Translations under genes and position numbers: made by a program
From: Trypanosoma brucei
Taxonomy: Eukaryota
DNA length: 64,000 nucleotides
Direction of reading: 5' to 3'
NCBI GenBank assembly: GCA_000002445.1
Contig: CP000071.1
Location: 320,001 to 384,000, forward strand
The notes under the pieces: generated by a model
Databases searched by the model: none
The model's input: the letters and a program-made list of their open reading frames with translations, nothing else
Told to the model about the DNA's origin: nothing
Shown here: positions 19,737 to 31,666 of the stretch, piece by piece
Numbering within the stretch: position 1 is the first letter of the stretch
Layout of the letters: the number at the start of each line of letters is the position of its first letter

Positions 19737-21962
19737 TTAGGATATGTTGAGGAGTCGAAGAACATCATCCCCAATAGGCACACTTCGTTGCATCCCATAG
19801 GCCTTTACACGCTCATCCACACAAGCGGGTTCGTAGAGGTAATTCACCATTACAGTGGCACTCTGTCTGCTACCATCCGCAGTGCAGTTGGCAAGAAAAT
19901 TCAGTCGGAACATGGTGGCCCCGTTCGATATATGAAAGTTCCCTACCGGATCGAGAATACGATTACGGTGCTTCTCCTTATACAAATAGTGCGCTACCGA
20001 GCGGAGAAGCGGTTTCTCAACGGTACGTGTAAACTCACTATCATTCCACCATGGTGAAATGACATCCTCATCTGCTTTGCCGGGGGCACCGCTCTCACCG
20101 GTGCCATCCTCCTCAGGGGACCCAAAAAGAGCCAACAGATACTGCATGGTGACGAGGTTAGCAGCATCTTCATTCCCCTCACGTAGGTGGTAGTGAAGTC
20201 GTGAAATAAAGTGCCCACAACCCCTCCCTCTGTGATGTGACAAACCGAGGACGGCGCCGCGAAGTATTGAAAAAAGCTCCGCCGCCTTGGGTTTCGAGCA
20301 TTCTCCGAAAATTCGAGGTTGCGCGAATTTTTTCGAGGAAGAACACAACGAAATGCTTCCGCTGCGCATTTCCACCTGTTGCTGAAGCTTTGCCACCTCT
20401 CCAACCAACCATCTTAAGTACCCAGGGACGGGAGAAATTGTGGAAAATGTGGTAATGGGTGAGAGGCCGGCACAATGACGCTCGCCGTTGAGTCGTGCTT
20501 CAATTTCCCGCACTACACGTTTGATGAGCATATTTCCAAGGTTAACACCACGTAGTGCTGACTGCACCGAGTTGATACTGTAAAACATGGAAGTGTCTAC
20601 GTCCTCTACAGGATCATGCTTTCGTGCCCCTGAACAAGCATCGGCCACCTCACCATTGGCAGCCCCCAATTGGTCGTTTTGGCGCTCCTGAACGCTTGGG
20701 GGGTGGGGACGACCTAAAATAATGTCGACGGAGCGGGCAATACCACGCGTAAGGGCCACTTGTACAGCAATTAGGGGTTCCTCCACAACCGCCGGGTGAA
20801 AAAACGCGAAGAGGTGTCTATTTTTCGCAGGCTGCAACCGCTGCTTCATATCCACAAGACCCCCAACAAAGGGATGAACGCTTTCGGCGGCCATCACCTT
20901 CTCAAGCAGAAGAGGTGGGGTAGTACGCCACGTGAGTTCCTCCATAACAAGCCACTGCTTCGAGAAAAAATCGCCGAAAAGGTACTCCAGCGACACGTCA
21001 ATAGATGAGACATGATGCTGACGGAGGAGCCAAAGTTCAAGCTCTCTATTCGTAGTCAGTGGACCACTGTTTGGAGGTGAATCGATTACTTGACGCGACG
21101 ACTGCCGCTCATGTTGACGCTTCAACTCGGCCTGAAGCTGTGCCACCTGGCAATGGCACCTCTTTTGAAAATACATTACACATCGACGCAAATCCATCAG
21201 TCTGCGCACTCCACGCTCCACAGAAGCAGATTGCTTAAACCACATGTAATACACAGGAGAACCCGCATGTAGTGCAGCAACGCATTGCCGAAGCAAATTG
21301 TTCTTAGCCTTAACAAGCTTGGAGGACAAAACAGCAGCACCCACACCGCTGCGGTTCTCTTCCCTAAAGCAACTTTCCGCTGACACGGTCGCAGAACATC
21401 CACCAGCGATAAATTGACCCGATTGAGCGTTGAGGTCCTCGATATTTTGAATGGTATTGTTAAGCTGCGCCACCGCCGCTTGTACCTCTACGATATCGAC
21501 GTCAAGCTCCATCAACAGAGCAACGAAACTAAAAAACGCATCTTCTTGGTTGGGAGATATGGTCTCACTCAAGTCGAACAGCGTGCTGGGAGGAATGATA
21601 GACTCGTATACATCCCACACGGCAGACACAACAGATGGCGGTAGCTGCCCTTTCTCTCCAACCAAAACAGATTTCATTTCCTCAACAAGCGTAAATTCAG
21701 TATGAGGGCCCCGACCACTGAATACCGACCCCGACTTTGTCGTTCCATTACTTGCGGGAACTGCCGAACCATCATCATCACCATCACCACCACCCTGCGC
21801 TAAGGCCCAAAGCCTCCGACACCAGTTCGCCAGTCGGTCCTCTGACAGTTGTAGTGTGACATCCGTTGCGTTGTACCGATGTGACACCCGTGAGATGTTG
21901 TCTAAGTGAAAAGGGAACCTCATACGCCTGGAGCAATAAGGGCGCCGGACTAAGGTCAACAT
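19737..21962 (-). CDS. Malonyl-CoA decarboxylase (MLYCD family).
   Basis: C-terminal catalytic-domain conservation DPVGNFHISNGATMFRLNFLANCTADGSRQSATVMVNYLY matches human MLYCD [22 protein letters not shown]...LMANYRY. ATG at 21962 verified. The N-terminus MLTLVRRPYCSRRMRFPFHL looks like a targeting sequence. Confidence 0.7.
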   Translation of the reverse strand: MLTLVRRPYCSRRMRFPFHLDNISRVSHRYNATDVTLQLSEDRLANWCRRLWALAQGGGDGDDDGSAVPASNGTTKSGSVFSGRGPHTEFTLVEEMKSVLVGEKGQLPPSVVSAVWDVYESIIPPSTLFDLSETISPNQEDAFFSFVALLMELDVDIVEVQAAVAQLNNTIQNIEDLNAQSGQFIAGGCSATVSAESCFREENRSGVGAAVLSSKLVKAKNNLLRQCVAALHAGSPVYYMWFKQSASVERGVRRLMDLRRCVMYFQKRCHCQVAQLQAELKRQHERQSSRQVIDSPPNSGPLTTNRELELWLLRQHHVSSIDVSLEYLFGDFFSKQWLVMEELTWRTTPPLLLEKVMAAESVHPFVGGLVDMKQRLQPAKNRHLFAFFHPAVVEEPLIAVQVALTRGIARSVDIILGRPHPPSVQERQNDQLGAANGEVADACSGARKHDPVEDVDTSMFYSINSVQSALRGVNLGNMLIKRVVREIEARLNGERHCAGLSPITTFSTISPVPGYLRWLVGEVAKLQQQVEMRSGSISLCSSSKKFAQPRIFGECSKPKAAELFSILRGAVLGLSHHRGRGCGHFISRLHYHLREGNEDAANLVTMQYLLALFGSPEEDGTGESGAPGKADEDVISPWWNDSEFTRTVEKPLLRSVAHYLYKEKHRNRILDPVGNFHISNGATMFRLNFLANCTADGSRQSATVMVNYLYEPACVDERVKAYGMQRSVPIGDDVLRLLNIS

Positions 21963-22516
21963 AGTTTTGTATTAGTCACCCCTTTCGGCAGCAGTGACTT
22001 CGGTACGCTGTGCACTTGCTCCCCCTAATAAAAAAAAAAAGATTACCCAGCCTTTTGGGTGTGCTGGTGGTCGGTTCCCGCAGCTCTTTGAACCTACTCT
22101 CTTCCGTTCCTTCCGGCAGATATTCTCTCAAAACTGGCACGCCGGGTAGAAAGGCCATGTTGCAACTCCAAACAAAATAAGGCGGAAAGAAAAGATAAAA
22201 GTTACATAAACAAACAGATCCCAACTTGTACGACAATGCGAAGATAACGATAAGAGATTCAAAACAAAAATAAGGAACCAACTAGCAAGTAAAAGAAGGC
22301 ACACACGTCGCATAACACTGTTCGGACGGGGCCTGAAAACATGTATAAAGATGGTTAGTATGTAAACTTTGTATCTGCCCTTCAACACCAGCCCTCCCAG
22401 ACTTATGCTGGAGGGCAATCATTCTAACACTGAGATGTAAGCACCGCTTAGGGGAAACGCTAACGGTGCCTCTATATATCTTCTATATGTGTGCATGGAG
22501 AAATTCTTCCGACCGC

Positions 22517-25171
22517 TCAGCACTTTCTTTCCACACCACCCAAAAGTTTCCCAATCCGAACCAACAGATCCGCTCGCCGTCCGCTTTCCAGCGCCTCATC
22601 GCCGCAGCCACCGTAAGAACAGTCGCGAATGGTACCCCCAACTGCAGCTGCATGTTCCATACCGGAGCAGTCGCACTGTTCGTTATTATAGCTTCGACTA
22701 GCAAGTTGTCGCCACATTAAGTCACTTTTTGGTAAAGCTGGAGAGACAAAATAGTCCCTTCCGGAGGGTAACAGCGATCCACAGTGAAGCGAAGGTCCCA
22801 ACGGCGCTCTCCACGCATCTTTCACTTCGTCGTGCACAACCTGCGGCGCTGCCTCGGGTTGTGTTGGCTCATAAATTGAAGGAGGGTGGTGATACGATGG
22901 CGTTCTGGCGAAGCGATAATCATAGGGAGCGGCACGGGAGCTGCCCAACCCAGTTGAGTAGCAGCACCGAGCTGCTGAAGAAGATGAAGAAACCGGCACT
23001 GAAGAGGTAGCAAAGCCCCACGGCGCGTTGCACGAGACCCTTTGTTCCATTGGCATCTGCCATGGTCCTTGCCCAGACTCCTTGCGAGGAAATGCAAGTG
23101 ACGTCCCCGTTTTAGAGGGGACCAGGGGACGAGTCATGTCGCCGCATGTCGGTTCCCATGTCTCAACATGAGCTGCGTTAGGAACCGACGGGGCGCAGAG
23201 GTGGTACACAGGGCCACGACGATGGCGGCCGTTACCATTCAGATCCCCACATCCGCCGTTGTTGCTTGCACAAACAGGGGTATAGTCAACAGCTGAAGAT
23301 GCCCTGGTGCACAAAGATGCGGTTCGATGGGAGCACCCGTCTCTTTTAGGTCCCACTGCCGCTGCTTTTGGGTTCCCTGGCCGTTTCGAAGCCTCTCGAG
23401 TGCGACTACAGCGAGATGAACTTGCGCAGGTACCAGGGTTGCGCTCCATCATTGCCTTTCCACCATGACCTTCCCCACCCGCAGTTTTTAAAGTAGACAC
23501 CTCCGCCAGGTGCCGTGATCTGCCGTTGCGAAGGTAAAAAGCCGCCATGCGCTCTGCGTCAACGGAAGCACCGCGTGTCTGTCCCCTTGGTGCCCTAGAT
23601 CCACTCCCACCTCCTTCTGTAGGTGCGTACGGGTCAACATAAGTTCGAGCCGGCTCAGCCACATGGATAGCAGCGGTGGCGCGACTTGGCTTTTTCCCTA
23701 TGTGATTCGAACAGCAGCTACGCAAAGACTCACGTTCTGCGCAGCGGTTAACGTCAGTGCCAACTGCGGCGGCAGAGCCAGTAGTGTTATTATCATCAAC
23801 GACAGCGACAGGAGTTACCGTAGTAAGTGTTGGTGGTTTTGCTGCACGCGCCTTGCGAACAGATGCCCCACGCCGCCTCGGTACGGCACTGCATCCTGAA
23901 ACTTTCAATGCTAACCGACGGCCAACAGTCTTACAGGGGCACCCCTCTTGTCGGCCGTCGTGTTCAAGGCTGCTGCGGAAACTCGAGGGAAAATGGGAGG
24001 GCCCACCAGCGGATGAAACCGACAAGGAGGACGGCTGCCGATGTTCTAAGGCTTTTTTGGTAGTAGCATGCAGTGCAGCTTCGTAGCGGTTACGCAACTC
24101 CAACAATTTAGCCTTCTCTCTGCTCAATGCCTCACCAGAAGCTGAGCCTATCCGAAAAACGTTTTGCCGCTGTACCCCTTCCATCCGAGCCACCTCAGCA
24201 TCGACCAACTTGATTTGACGAAGAAGGCAACGCCGCCGCCTCTCGGTTGCACACGATCTTGCCACAGCAGGTTTCCGCTGCCCGTCCGCTTCCACACATG
24301 TGGCATCCTCACGCTCAGAAACACAGCTTACTACTCTCTCAACGTGTTCCATACTGTTGGGCCTCTCCGGGGTGTTTGCGCAACTCCATAACCTTCTGTT
24401 GCTGTCACCGGAATGGGTGCCGACTTCGTCAAGAGAATCATCGGAACTAACGGTGTTACTACCATCACGCACCGCTGCTTCTGCTGCACCCGGTGGCGGC
24501 GCAGAACTAACTACTGTCAAATTTACGTCGTTGCCGCCACTGGCTGTTTTGAGGGGTGACATGAAAATAACTGCGGGTGGCAGTTGTGGAGGGTGGCACT
24601 TATTGAAACCACTATCATTGTCCCCGGAATCACCAATGCCGCCGTGGTTCAATTCATCCTTGCTTGACCCAACGGCTCTCTCCTCGGGTGGGCAGCTCTG
24701 CTTTGTAGGAGCTACACCATGGTTTGAAGAATCACATCTCCCTGTCGCCTGGGACACTGACGCCTGCAGTGGTGGCTTTAGTGCCGAGGAGTGTTTTGCA
24801 CGACTGTTAGTTTGGCGTCCATTGACATCCCCGCCTGCTGTGCAGCTAACGGAAAAAGGCAACACTTTCCGCACGCCGCACAGAACGGACTCGCCGCCAC
24901 ACTTCCCTTCCACCGCCGGCTGCTGTTGGATTTGTTGTTCTGGACTCCCCGCCAAGTTATGGGTTCCGCGGATAGTATCCCCTATATCTTTCCAATCATC
25001 TGCAGGAGGGTCAGTGTTCCATAGTGACGATGATGATGAAAGCGAACACATTCCGGAAAGCGCTGTGGAACGAGGGGGTGAGGCGCTTACCGTTGCAACG
25101 TTTGTAAACGTGGATCGGGCGCATGTGGTCACCGTGCTACTCGGCTGAGAAAGGACAGTAACACTGTGCAT
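22517..25171 (-). CDS. Hypothetical Ser/Ala/Pro/Arg-rich low-complexity protein (884 aa) with one predicted coiled-coil segment (LLRQIKLVDAEVARMEGVQRQ...KAKLLELRNRYEAAL).
   Basis: Long ORF with ATG at 25171 verified, co-oriented and evenly spaced with its neighbours. No recognisable domain. The biased composition makes the antisense ORF 24300..25148(+) a likely artefact. Confidence 0.5.
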   Translation of the reverse strand: MHSVTVLSQPSSTVTTCARSTFTNVATVSASPPRSTALSGMCSLSSSSSLWNTDPPADDWKDIGDTIRGTHNLAGSPEQQIQQQPAVEGKCGGESVLCGVRKVLPFSVSCTAGGDVNGRQTNSRAKHSSALKPPLQASVSQATGRCDSSNHGVAPTKQSCPPEERAVGSSKDELNHGGIGDSGDNDSGFNKCHPPQLPPAVIFMSPLKTASGGNDVNLTVVSSAPPPGAAEAAVRDGSNTVSSDDSLDEVGTHSGDSNRRLWSCANTPERPNSMEHVERVVSCVSEREDATCVEADGQRKPAVARSCATERRRRCLLRQIKLVDAEVARMEGVQRQNVFRIGSASGEALSREKAKLLELRNRYEAALHATTKKALEHRQPSSLSVSSAGGPSHFPSSFRSSLEHDGRQEGCPCKTVGRRLALKVSGCSAVPRRRGASVRKARAAKPPTLTTVTPVAVVDDNNTTGSAAAVGTDVNRCAERESLRSCCSNHIGKKPSRATAAIHVAEPARTYVDPYAPTEGGGSGSRAPRGQTRGASVDAERMAAFYLRNGRSRHLAEVSTLKTAGGEGHGGKAMMERNPGTCASSSRCSRTREASKRPGNPKAAAVGPKRDGCSHRTASLCTRASSAVDYTPVCASNNGGCGDLNGNGRHRRGPVYHLCAPSVPNAAHVETWEPTCGDMTRPLVPSKTGTSLAFPRKESGQGPWQMPMEQRVSCNAPWGFATSSVPVSSSSSAARCCYSTGLGSSRAAPYDYRFARTPSYHHPPSIYEPTQPEAAPQVVHDEVKDAWRAPLGPSLHCGSLLPSGRDYFVSPALPKSDLMWRQLASRSYNNEQCDCSGMEHAAAVGGTIRDCSYGGCGDEALESGRRADLLVRIGKLLGGVERKC

Positions 25172-25869
25172 CCTTCTACGATCAGCTTCTTACTTTACGG
25201 AAGGTCAACAAATTTGTGAGGATAAGGCATCAGGCGGAGCCAAACTGGTGCAGCACAGGGACAGAAAGAAAACAGCGCTTGCAGTGGGAAATTATCACTA
25301 CACACGAAACATTAATCTCTTTGCAACCACGCCGCTCAGACGAAGCAGCTTCAGGTGCGACTGGACAATCTCGCCCTCGTAACGAGTCGTAGGAAGTTCT
25401 ATTTGACCTACGAAGCACACATACACGCAGAGAGGACGGTACGCTCAGTCCCACCACCTTTTTGCAGAAGTCGAGTCAGCAGTAGATTGCGCCGAACAGA
25501 GAATTTTTACACATGGAAATAGGAAAATAGCCACTTATTTCTTTCTATGCAACCGAACTCGTCCCCCACCACTACCACCACCACCACCACCCCCCCTGCG
25601 CCTGCAGTCTCTGATCTATTTTTCCTCACCCTCATCCACACAAATTCGACACTTCCTTATTCACATGCCGACTGTAGACTCAGCATCTAACGGATTCCCT
25701 CCCAATCCTCTGCACATTTCACTGCCAACTCCACTCTTTCCGCATTGGCAAACATGCACTTGAAGGAGGAAGAGGGGAAAGGGGTACAAATATACATACA
25801 CGCACCAAAGCTCTACCAGCTGTAATCAACAAAACCCCTCATCCATAGCTCACTATACGACTTCGCTCC

Positions 25870-26460
25870 CTAATAGAGCGAAGTTTTCTTCATGATGCGA
25901 AGGAACTCCTCCTCACTTACCTCACCGTCACCGTCCCTATCAGCCTCGTCGATCATCTCTTGTATTTCAGAGTCCGTCATGTTTTCGCCCAACTCCTGCG
26001 CGACCCGTTTCAGGTTCTTGAAAGTTATCTTTCCCGTTTTGTCGTCGTCGAATAGGTGAAACGCCTTCAACATCTCCTCACGTGAGTCACGCTCATTCAT
26101 CTTGCGCGCCATCAGATCAACAAACTCGGCAAACCCGATGACGTGGTTGTCCGCACCAGGTGCAGTACCAGGTTTAACAGGTGCCGGGTCACCACGCTCC
26201 TCCATTGTCGACGCGATCAAGCGGCGCACTTCATCCTTCCGTGGTTCAAATCCCAGCGCCCTCATCGCAACCTTCAGTTCCTTCACGTCAATGGTTCCAC
26301 TGCCATCAGTATCGAAGAGATCGAAAGCCTCCTTAATTTCTTGGCGCTGCTCCTCCGTCAGTACGGCAAGGGCGGAGCCGCTCAGACTCATCCCCGGAGC
26401 TATCGAACGGTTCACACTCTGCGCGACGGGGGAATTACCGCCACGGTTGGTGGTGCTCAT
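25870..26460 (-). CDS. Centrin (caltractin), four EF-hand calcium-binding protein with an N-terminal extension.
   Basis: EF-hand loops [24 protein letters not shown] and [13 protein letters not shown] are present, and overall similarity to centrins is high. The track ORF starts on TTG at 26487; the first ATG is at 26460..26458 (verified). It may correspond to T. brucei centrin 2, but that is recalled from memory and not confirmed. Confidence 0.8.
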   Translation of the reverse strand: MSTTNRGGNSPVAQSVNRSIAPGMSLSGSALAVLTEEQRQEIKEAFDLFDTDGSGTIDVKELKVAMRALGFEPRKDEVRRLIASTMEERGDPAPVKPGTAPGADNHVIGFAEFVDLMARKMNERDSREEMLKAFHLFDDDKTGKITFKNLKRVAQELGENMTDSEIQEMIDEADRDGDGEVSEEEFLRIMKKTSLY

Positions 26461-27670
26461 AGGTGTGTTGGCAGGTGGAGAAATCAATCAACGGCACTGC
26501 AAGTCGAAAAAATTACAATAGAGGAGTATAGTAATGCAAAAGAGCTCTTTCGCGTGGTGGCTTGTCCACCGTTTGCTGCTGAATAAACAAAAGACAAGTT
26601 TAAAGCGAGCAGGTATGCAGAATTGAGCAAAAATACGAGAAAGGCAAAATGGCAGACAGTGAATTCATTTCCCATTTTTTTTCTCTCAGAGAGAAAGAGA
26701 AATGAGGGAGGGAAACACGTCCCTTTCGTTTATAACAACTACACGCAACTGGGGACCACCAACGTATATGGCATCACCATTCTCACAACCAGAGCAGAGG
26801 CTGGAAAAAAGGGCAGAAATAGAAACAGATATAGGGAAGAGCGAAGAAAAAGAAAACATGTAAGGTGCAAAAGGAGGCTAAACGGTTAAAAAGTACGAAC
26901 ACAACAACAACCCACGCAACGACCCAAACCCAGTCTTGTCACACAGCTGCCTGTCAAACAACACATAAGCACGTGCAACGTCTCATCCCCCGGACAAAAA
27001 AAAACAAAAAAGAAAACAAGACAAAGTTTCTCCACGAAGCATTGCGTCAAGGCGTTTTTTACTTGAAACTTCGCTTGTGCACCCTCTCCTTTCCTTTACT
27101 GCCGGTCATTCATTATTCCCCCTCTCTCTCCCCCCCCCTCATCACTCACCTTTCGCTAATGTCCCTGATAGTTGCACACCCGGCAATCAGGAAATAGCTA
27201 ATATCAAATGACCTGATGGGGGGAAGTGGAAGTATATACTTCATAGTTTTCACTCTTACTCGCCATCCCTCGGTTGCCTTAACACTCTCTCCCTTCTCTC
27301 GCTTTCGTTTCCGCCATCCCATCCTATTCCTTCCCCAACACATACAGACACACACACACAAATTATTGCCACATTACCGTTCCACCGACAAATGCAGAAA
27401 AGAAGAAAGAGTGGCTAACAAACACGCCCTCCTTTTCCCCTCTTCACATCCCGACTTTCTCCGTGAGTGTCCCACTCAAGCCACAGTTGCACAAAAAGGC
27501 GGAGATGCCGAGGCTGTGAAAAGGAGAAAAGGAAACGAAGCCCGAATATCAGCAGAAAACAGAAGAAAAACACGAGACGAATCCCACGTGACGCCGTACG
27601 CGCAAAAGGGAAAGGAAAAGGAAAAAAGAAGGAGAGCAAAGTTATGCACGCATACACACACAAACTGACA

Positions 27671-29911
27671 TTAACGTCGGGTCAATGACCGAGCCGTGCG
27701 GACCGAACTGTCGTTCGATGAGCAACTGTCGCCCCTCCTACTCTTGGAGAACTTGTCTTCGTTACTATCTTCACGAGGTCGTTTGTGAGAAACCAACCTA
27801 TCACTTGTGGGAGGGCAGCTGAGAAGCGAAACGTTTTCAAGCATGCGCTCCCTCCTCTGTTTGTGCTCATCTACAACCTGCTGCAACACAAGACGGCCAT
27901 TCGGATCTTGCAAGAGTGACCCATGTGCTTCGATTATGGCCTGTCGCCTCTTCACACTTTCCCCATCCACGTGCAAGATGCGTGACAGCAGCGTTGGGCG
28001 TTGGTCAATGTGCAACGCATCAGGAGAGGAAGAACCCGGCCTACGGTTGGGTTCAAATACCGCTGTTAACGCACGGAATGCATGGGTGAAAGAAGTTGCA
28101 ATGACATTAAAATTACGAAGTGAACTAGCTGCATTATTCTCGGGACATCCCGGGTCCTCCAGTAACACTTGTGGTGGCCCAGATTGCGGTCCTCCTCTCC
28201 CAAGCGAGCTATTGGCTCCATTGGTCATGGGCCGCACTGAAGAAGCACAAACGTCCGTACGTTTAAAGCATCTGCCAGTACCAACAACTGACAAACCGCA
28301 GCGATCATAACGAAAGTACATGCCATAATAACGGAAGAAATCCACAAGAAGGCGGCCTAGTCCACAGTAAAGACGTTGATCCGGAGAGCCTGTGTATATT
28401 GGGTGTTGTTGCAAAAAACTTATTGCCATAAGGGTGAGGGCAAAGGAACCCAAACCGCCATGGTACGGTTCGTCCATTCCACGCTGATGCAAAAAGTATT
28501 TCACGACTACAATCAGCGGCTCTGCCTCGCGATAGTGTTTCAGCAAATCAATGACAATCAACGTGTTCCGCGGCCCGTCTCGTGCGTTGATGCTTATATC
28601 AACATCCAGCAACGAACCACAGTGCTGAAACTTTAGCAGCGGAACTTTTGCCTTAAGAACCAGCTGCGGGTAAGCGGTATTGCAGATGCCGGACAAACTA
28701 ATCTCACGCGCCAGAAGCCTTAGAGCTTCCTCTGTCGGCACATCCACATTGAGGATAGTTATGTCAACATCGGAGAGTGGCAACAGAAGCCCTGTGGCCA
28801 TACTTCCAAACACCACAGGTTCACACTTTGGCCACAGTTGTTTGGCGATGGTGACTACCTCCGCTTCTACTAAGCACCGTATAGCAATTTCAGCCTCAGT
28901 AGGTTGATGAAACTTGACGAAATCACATATCTCCTGGTGAAGAGCGATAGCCGCGTCTTTGGCGTATTCTTTTTGTCCGGTTAGACGACCCACACACCAC
29001 AGAGGCACAGACCGTGTTTCCTCCCCCAAATAGGAGTGCCCAGGGTCGTATCCACCTTGACCTGATGAAACCTCATCTGAGGCTAAAACGCACTTTCCAT
29101 TCTTCAAAGTTACAGTCGCCTGCACTGCGTATCGCGAATCCGCATTTTTTTCGCTGTCTCCCTTAGAAAACCCGAGAAAATCGTCGAGAAATCCCTTTTC
29201 CGCTTCATCAGAGTTCGTGGAAGGTGCGGCAACTGCCGAGCCCACGACCGTAGTTTCCTCACCCCCCTGTTGTTTTAACGAACGATATCCGCGGGTGTCT
29301 TCCTGGGGGACGTACTCCACGTCACTGTCACTTTTACCGTCGTCGGCACCTTGTTTCCTGAGTTCCTCATTCAAAGCCTCTAGTCTTCCCTCATCCCGGT
29401 TCTTAACTGCACTGCTTCCTGTAGTCTTGAGGGTGACCTCATCTCTACTTATCTGCATTTGGGCCTGTCGCTCTCGTAATTTCATTACCAACTCGGCAGC
29501 AATGGGGGGTTCACTAGGCTGATTAGCCGCATTCTCTTCTTGAAGCAGCATCCAATCGGAACTAAAGTCACCCCTCCTCTCCTGGAATTTCGAAAACAAA
29601 CCAACTGACGGGGCAGGTGGGGGAATATCCACTACCTTCGATCTTTTGTTGGTGATCGCGTCACCGGCACGGTTTCTTGTGGAAACTGAGCCACACCGAT
29701 CAACAGCAGCATCGCTTGAGTCAACGGCGACGGGGCTTGTAGGTTTAGCAGGTTCGTCAGCAAGAGCATTTTCTTCAGCATCCTTACCGCAAATGGGAGT
29801 ACGCCCGGGGCGGTTCTTAGAACTGGTAGCCTTATTCCTGGCAGCCCCGCGGGCACGCGCAGTGGGCACATCTTCACTTCCAACGTGAACAGCGGCCGAC
29901 CGATCTTTCAT
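27671..29911 (-). CDS. Non-canonical nucleotidyltransferase of the Cid1/Trf4 (PAP/TUTase) family (pol-beta superfamily, PAP-associated domain).
   Basis: Catalytic signature GSMATGLLLPLSDVDITIL ([GS]x(9-13)DxD) plus a downstream PAP/25A-associated region (...VKYFLHQRGMDEPYHGGLGSFAL...). The track start at 29941 is TTG; the first ATG is at 29911..29909 (verified). Confidence 0.7.
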   Translation of the reverse strand: MKDRSAAVHVGSEDVPTARARGAARNKATSSKNRPGRTPICGKDAEENALADEPAKPTSPVAVDSSDAAVDRCGSVSTRNRAGDAITNKRSKVVDIPPPAPSVGLFSKFQERRGDFSSDWMLLQEENAANQPSEPPIAAELVMKLRERQAQMQISRDEVTLKTTGSSAVKNRDEGRLEALNEELRKQGADDGKSDSDVEYVPQEDTRGYRSLKQQGGEETTVVGSAVAAPSTNSDEAEKGFLDDFLGFSKGDSEKNADSRYAVQATVTLKNGKCVLASDEVSSGQGGYDPGHSYLGEETRSVPLWCVGRLTGQKEYAKDAAIALHQEICDFVKFHQPTEAEIAIRCLVEAEVVTIAKQLWPKCEPVVFGSMATGLLLPLSDVDITILNVDVPTEEALRLLAREISLSGICNTAYPQLVLKAKVPLLKFQHCGSLLDVDISINARDGPRNTLIVIDLLKHYREAEPLIVVVKYFLHQRGMDEPYHGGLGSFALTLMAISFLQQHPIYTGSPDQRLYCGLGRLLVDFFRYYGMYFRYDRCGLSVVGTGRCFKRTDVCASSVRPMTNGANSSLGRGGPQSGPPQVLLEDPGCPENNAASSLRNFNVIATSFTHAFRALTAVFEPNRRPGSSSPDALHIDQRPTLLSRILHVDGESVKRRQAIIEAHGSLLQDPNGRLVLQQVVDEHKQRRERMLENVSLLSCPPTSDRLVSHKRPREDSNEDKFSKSRRGDSCSSNDSSVRTARSLTRR

Positions 29912-31666
29912 ACCGTTGCAGAGACCCCAAAACAAGCGCAATAAGAATTATTAGAGTGGGCGAGCACAAAAAAATATGCCTGCGAACTTTCGCTTCGCGC
30001 CTTCAGCTGCTAGTTTTTTTTTTTTTTAACCGCTACCCTTTCCTTCCCCGCGCACAACGTCGTCACAGGGCAGTCGTCACTTATTCGAAAACGTTAACAA
30101 CAAACACGCCTACACGCAAGTGTTAGCACCCCACTTTTCCGCTAAAATTCGCCCCACTTTCTTCTACTTCAGTTGGTACCACCATTTAGAGGGAAACGAG
30201 TGGTAAAAGGAACGTGGGGAAGAACAAAAAATTAAGACAAAAAATAATGCGGTAAAGAAGAAAAAGTAGAAAAGATGGTAAAGGGTCAGTTGCCAAAGAC
30301 GCAAAGAACAAATCGCCGAAAAAAAAAACAGCCATGGATATACGCTGAAAGGGAGACGGTATGACAGAACTTAGTAACACAAACACACACTCTCACATCC
30401 TCTCCAAGCAACGAAAAGAAGGAAGGGTGATTTCAACATATATTTATGATCGTAAGAGAAAACAATAGTAGTAGTAATAATAATAATAATAAAAGGGGGG
30501 ATAACAACGGCAAGATAAGACAGTAAGCGAAAAAGTAATATTCACGAAACAAAAAATCAGGGGATTCACGAATGATATAAAAATAACAACATAAAGGGCA
30601 TGCAATTCTGCGGGGAAGAGATAAAAAAAATGAGAAAAATGCGCACGAAGTGTTACTCGAATATCCTACAACAAGGTAACATATGTGATCCAATGTTTCA
30701 ATATTTTATCATTCTTTCTATCTTCTCTCTCTCTTTTTTTTCACTCATCCACCGCTACAATCGGCCCAGATCCTCAATATAATCCCCTTTGATCTACTCC
30801 CGCACACGCTTATTGGGTCCCAATCCGTTGTATGTACACCACAATTTAATTTACACATCCGCAAACAGCATCACAAACAAACAGACTTATCAGCAACCGG
30901 TGGGTAGAAGGAAAGAGGAAAAATGAAGATGGGTATAAGGCGTGCAGTTACGCATGAGAGCAACTGATTCTTTACGACTCCGCCAGCTACCACTCGAATA
31001 ATTGCCGTCCCTGAGTACAAAACAAAAAAAAGAAAGGAAAGGAGGTAAAGAGGGCCCCTCCCCGCCCTCACTCCACTTCCGTGATTTAAAAAAAAAAGGC
31101 AGTGACGGAAGGTGATGAAAAGGCGGCAAAACAGATGTTTAGAACACATTTAAGTAGTAAGAATGAGGCAAGGAGCGAATAATGACAAAATGAAAAAAAT
31201 GAAAGTAAAGAGCGAAGTAACTCGCCTTCCTCCCAGGAGACAAAGTCCCAATACACAGCCGCCCAACAATCAGGCACAACCACCAGAACACAATACGTCG
31301 CTGTTTAAATTTGAAGTCGTTTCACTGAAGAAATATTGAGAAACACAGCGGGTACTTTACCTTTGTTGTGCCTGCTTACTTGCGTTTGTCGAGCCGCTGT
31401 TTCTTTCCAGCCTTTTAAATTATCCACTCCCGCGCTCCTCCTTCGGAGCTGCAGCCTCTCGATTGTGACAACTTCTCACTTAAACCATCGTACAAAGTTA
31501 TCATTACAATATGCTTTATTCACCTTGACTCCTGCTACTGATACACCTCCCCCGTTTCAACTCTTCTTTTCTTTTAAAATATTTTTCTTAGTTTTTCATA
31601 TTTTTGTCATTTTTTTTTCTTTTTTTGACAGTCCCTTACACACAAATCGCTCATACCACTCTCCAG

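Noticed and set aside
24300-25148. + strand ORF of 282 aa.
   Set aside because: Antisense to the low-complexity 884-aa gene. Biased composition produces long open frames on both strands. It conflicts with the uniform minus-strand orientation of the cluster.
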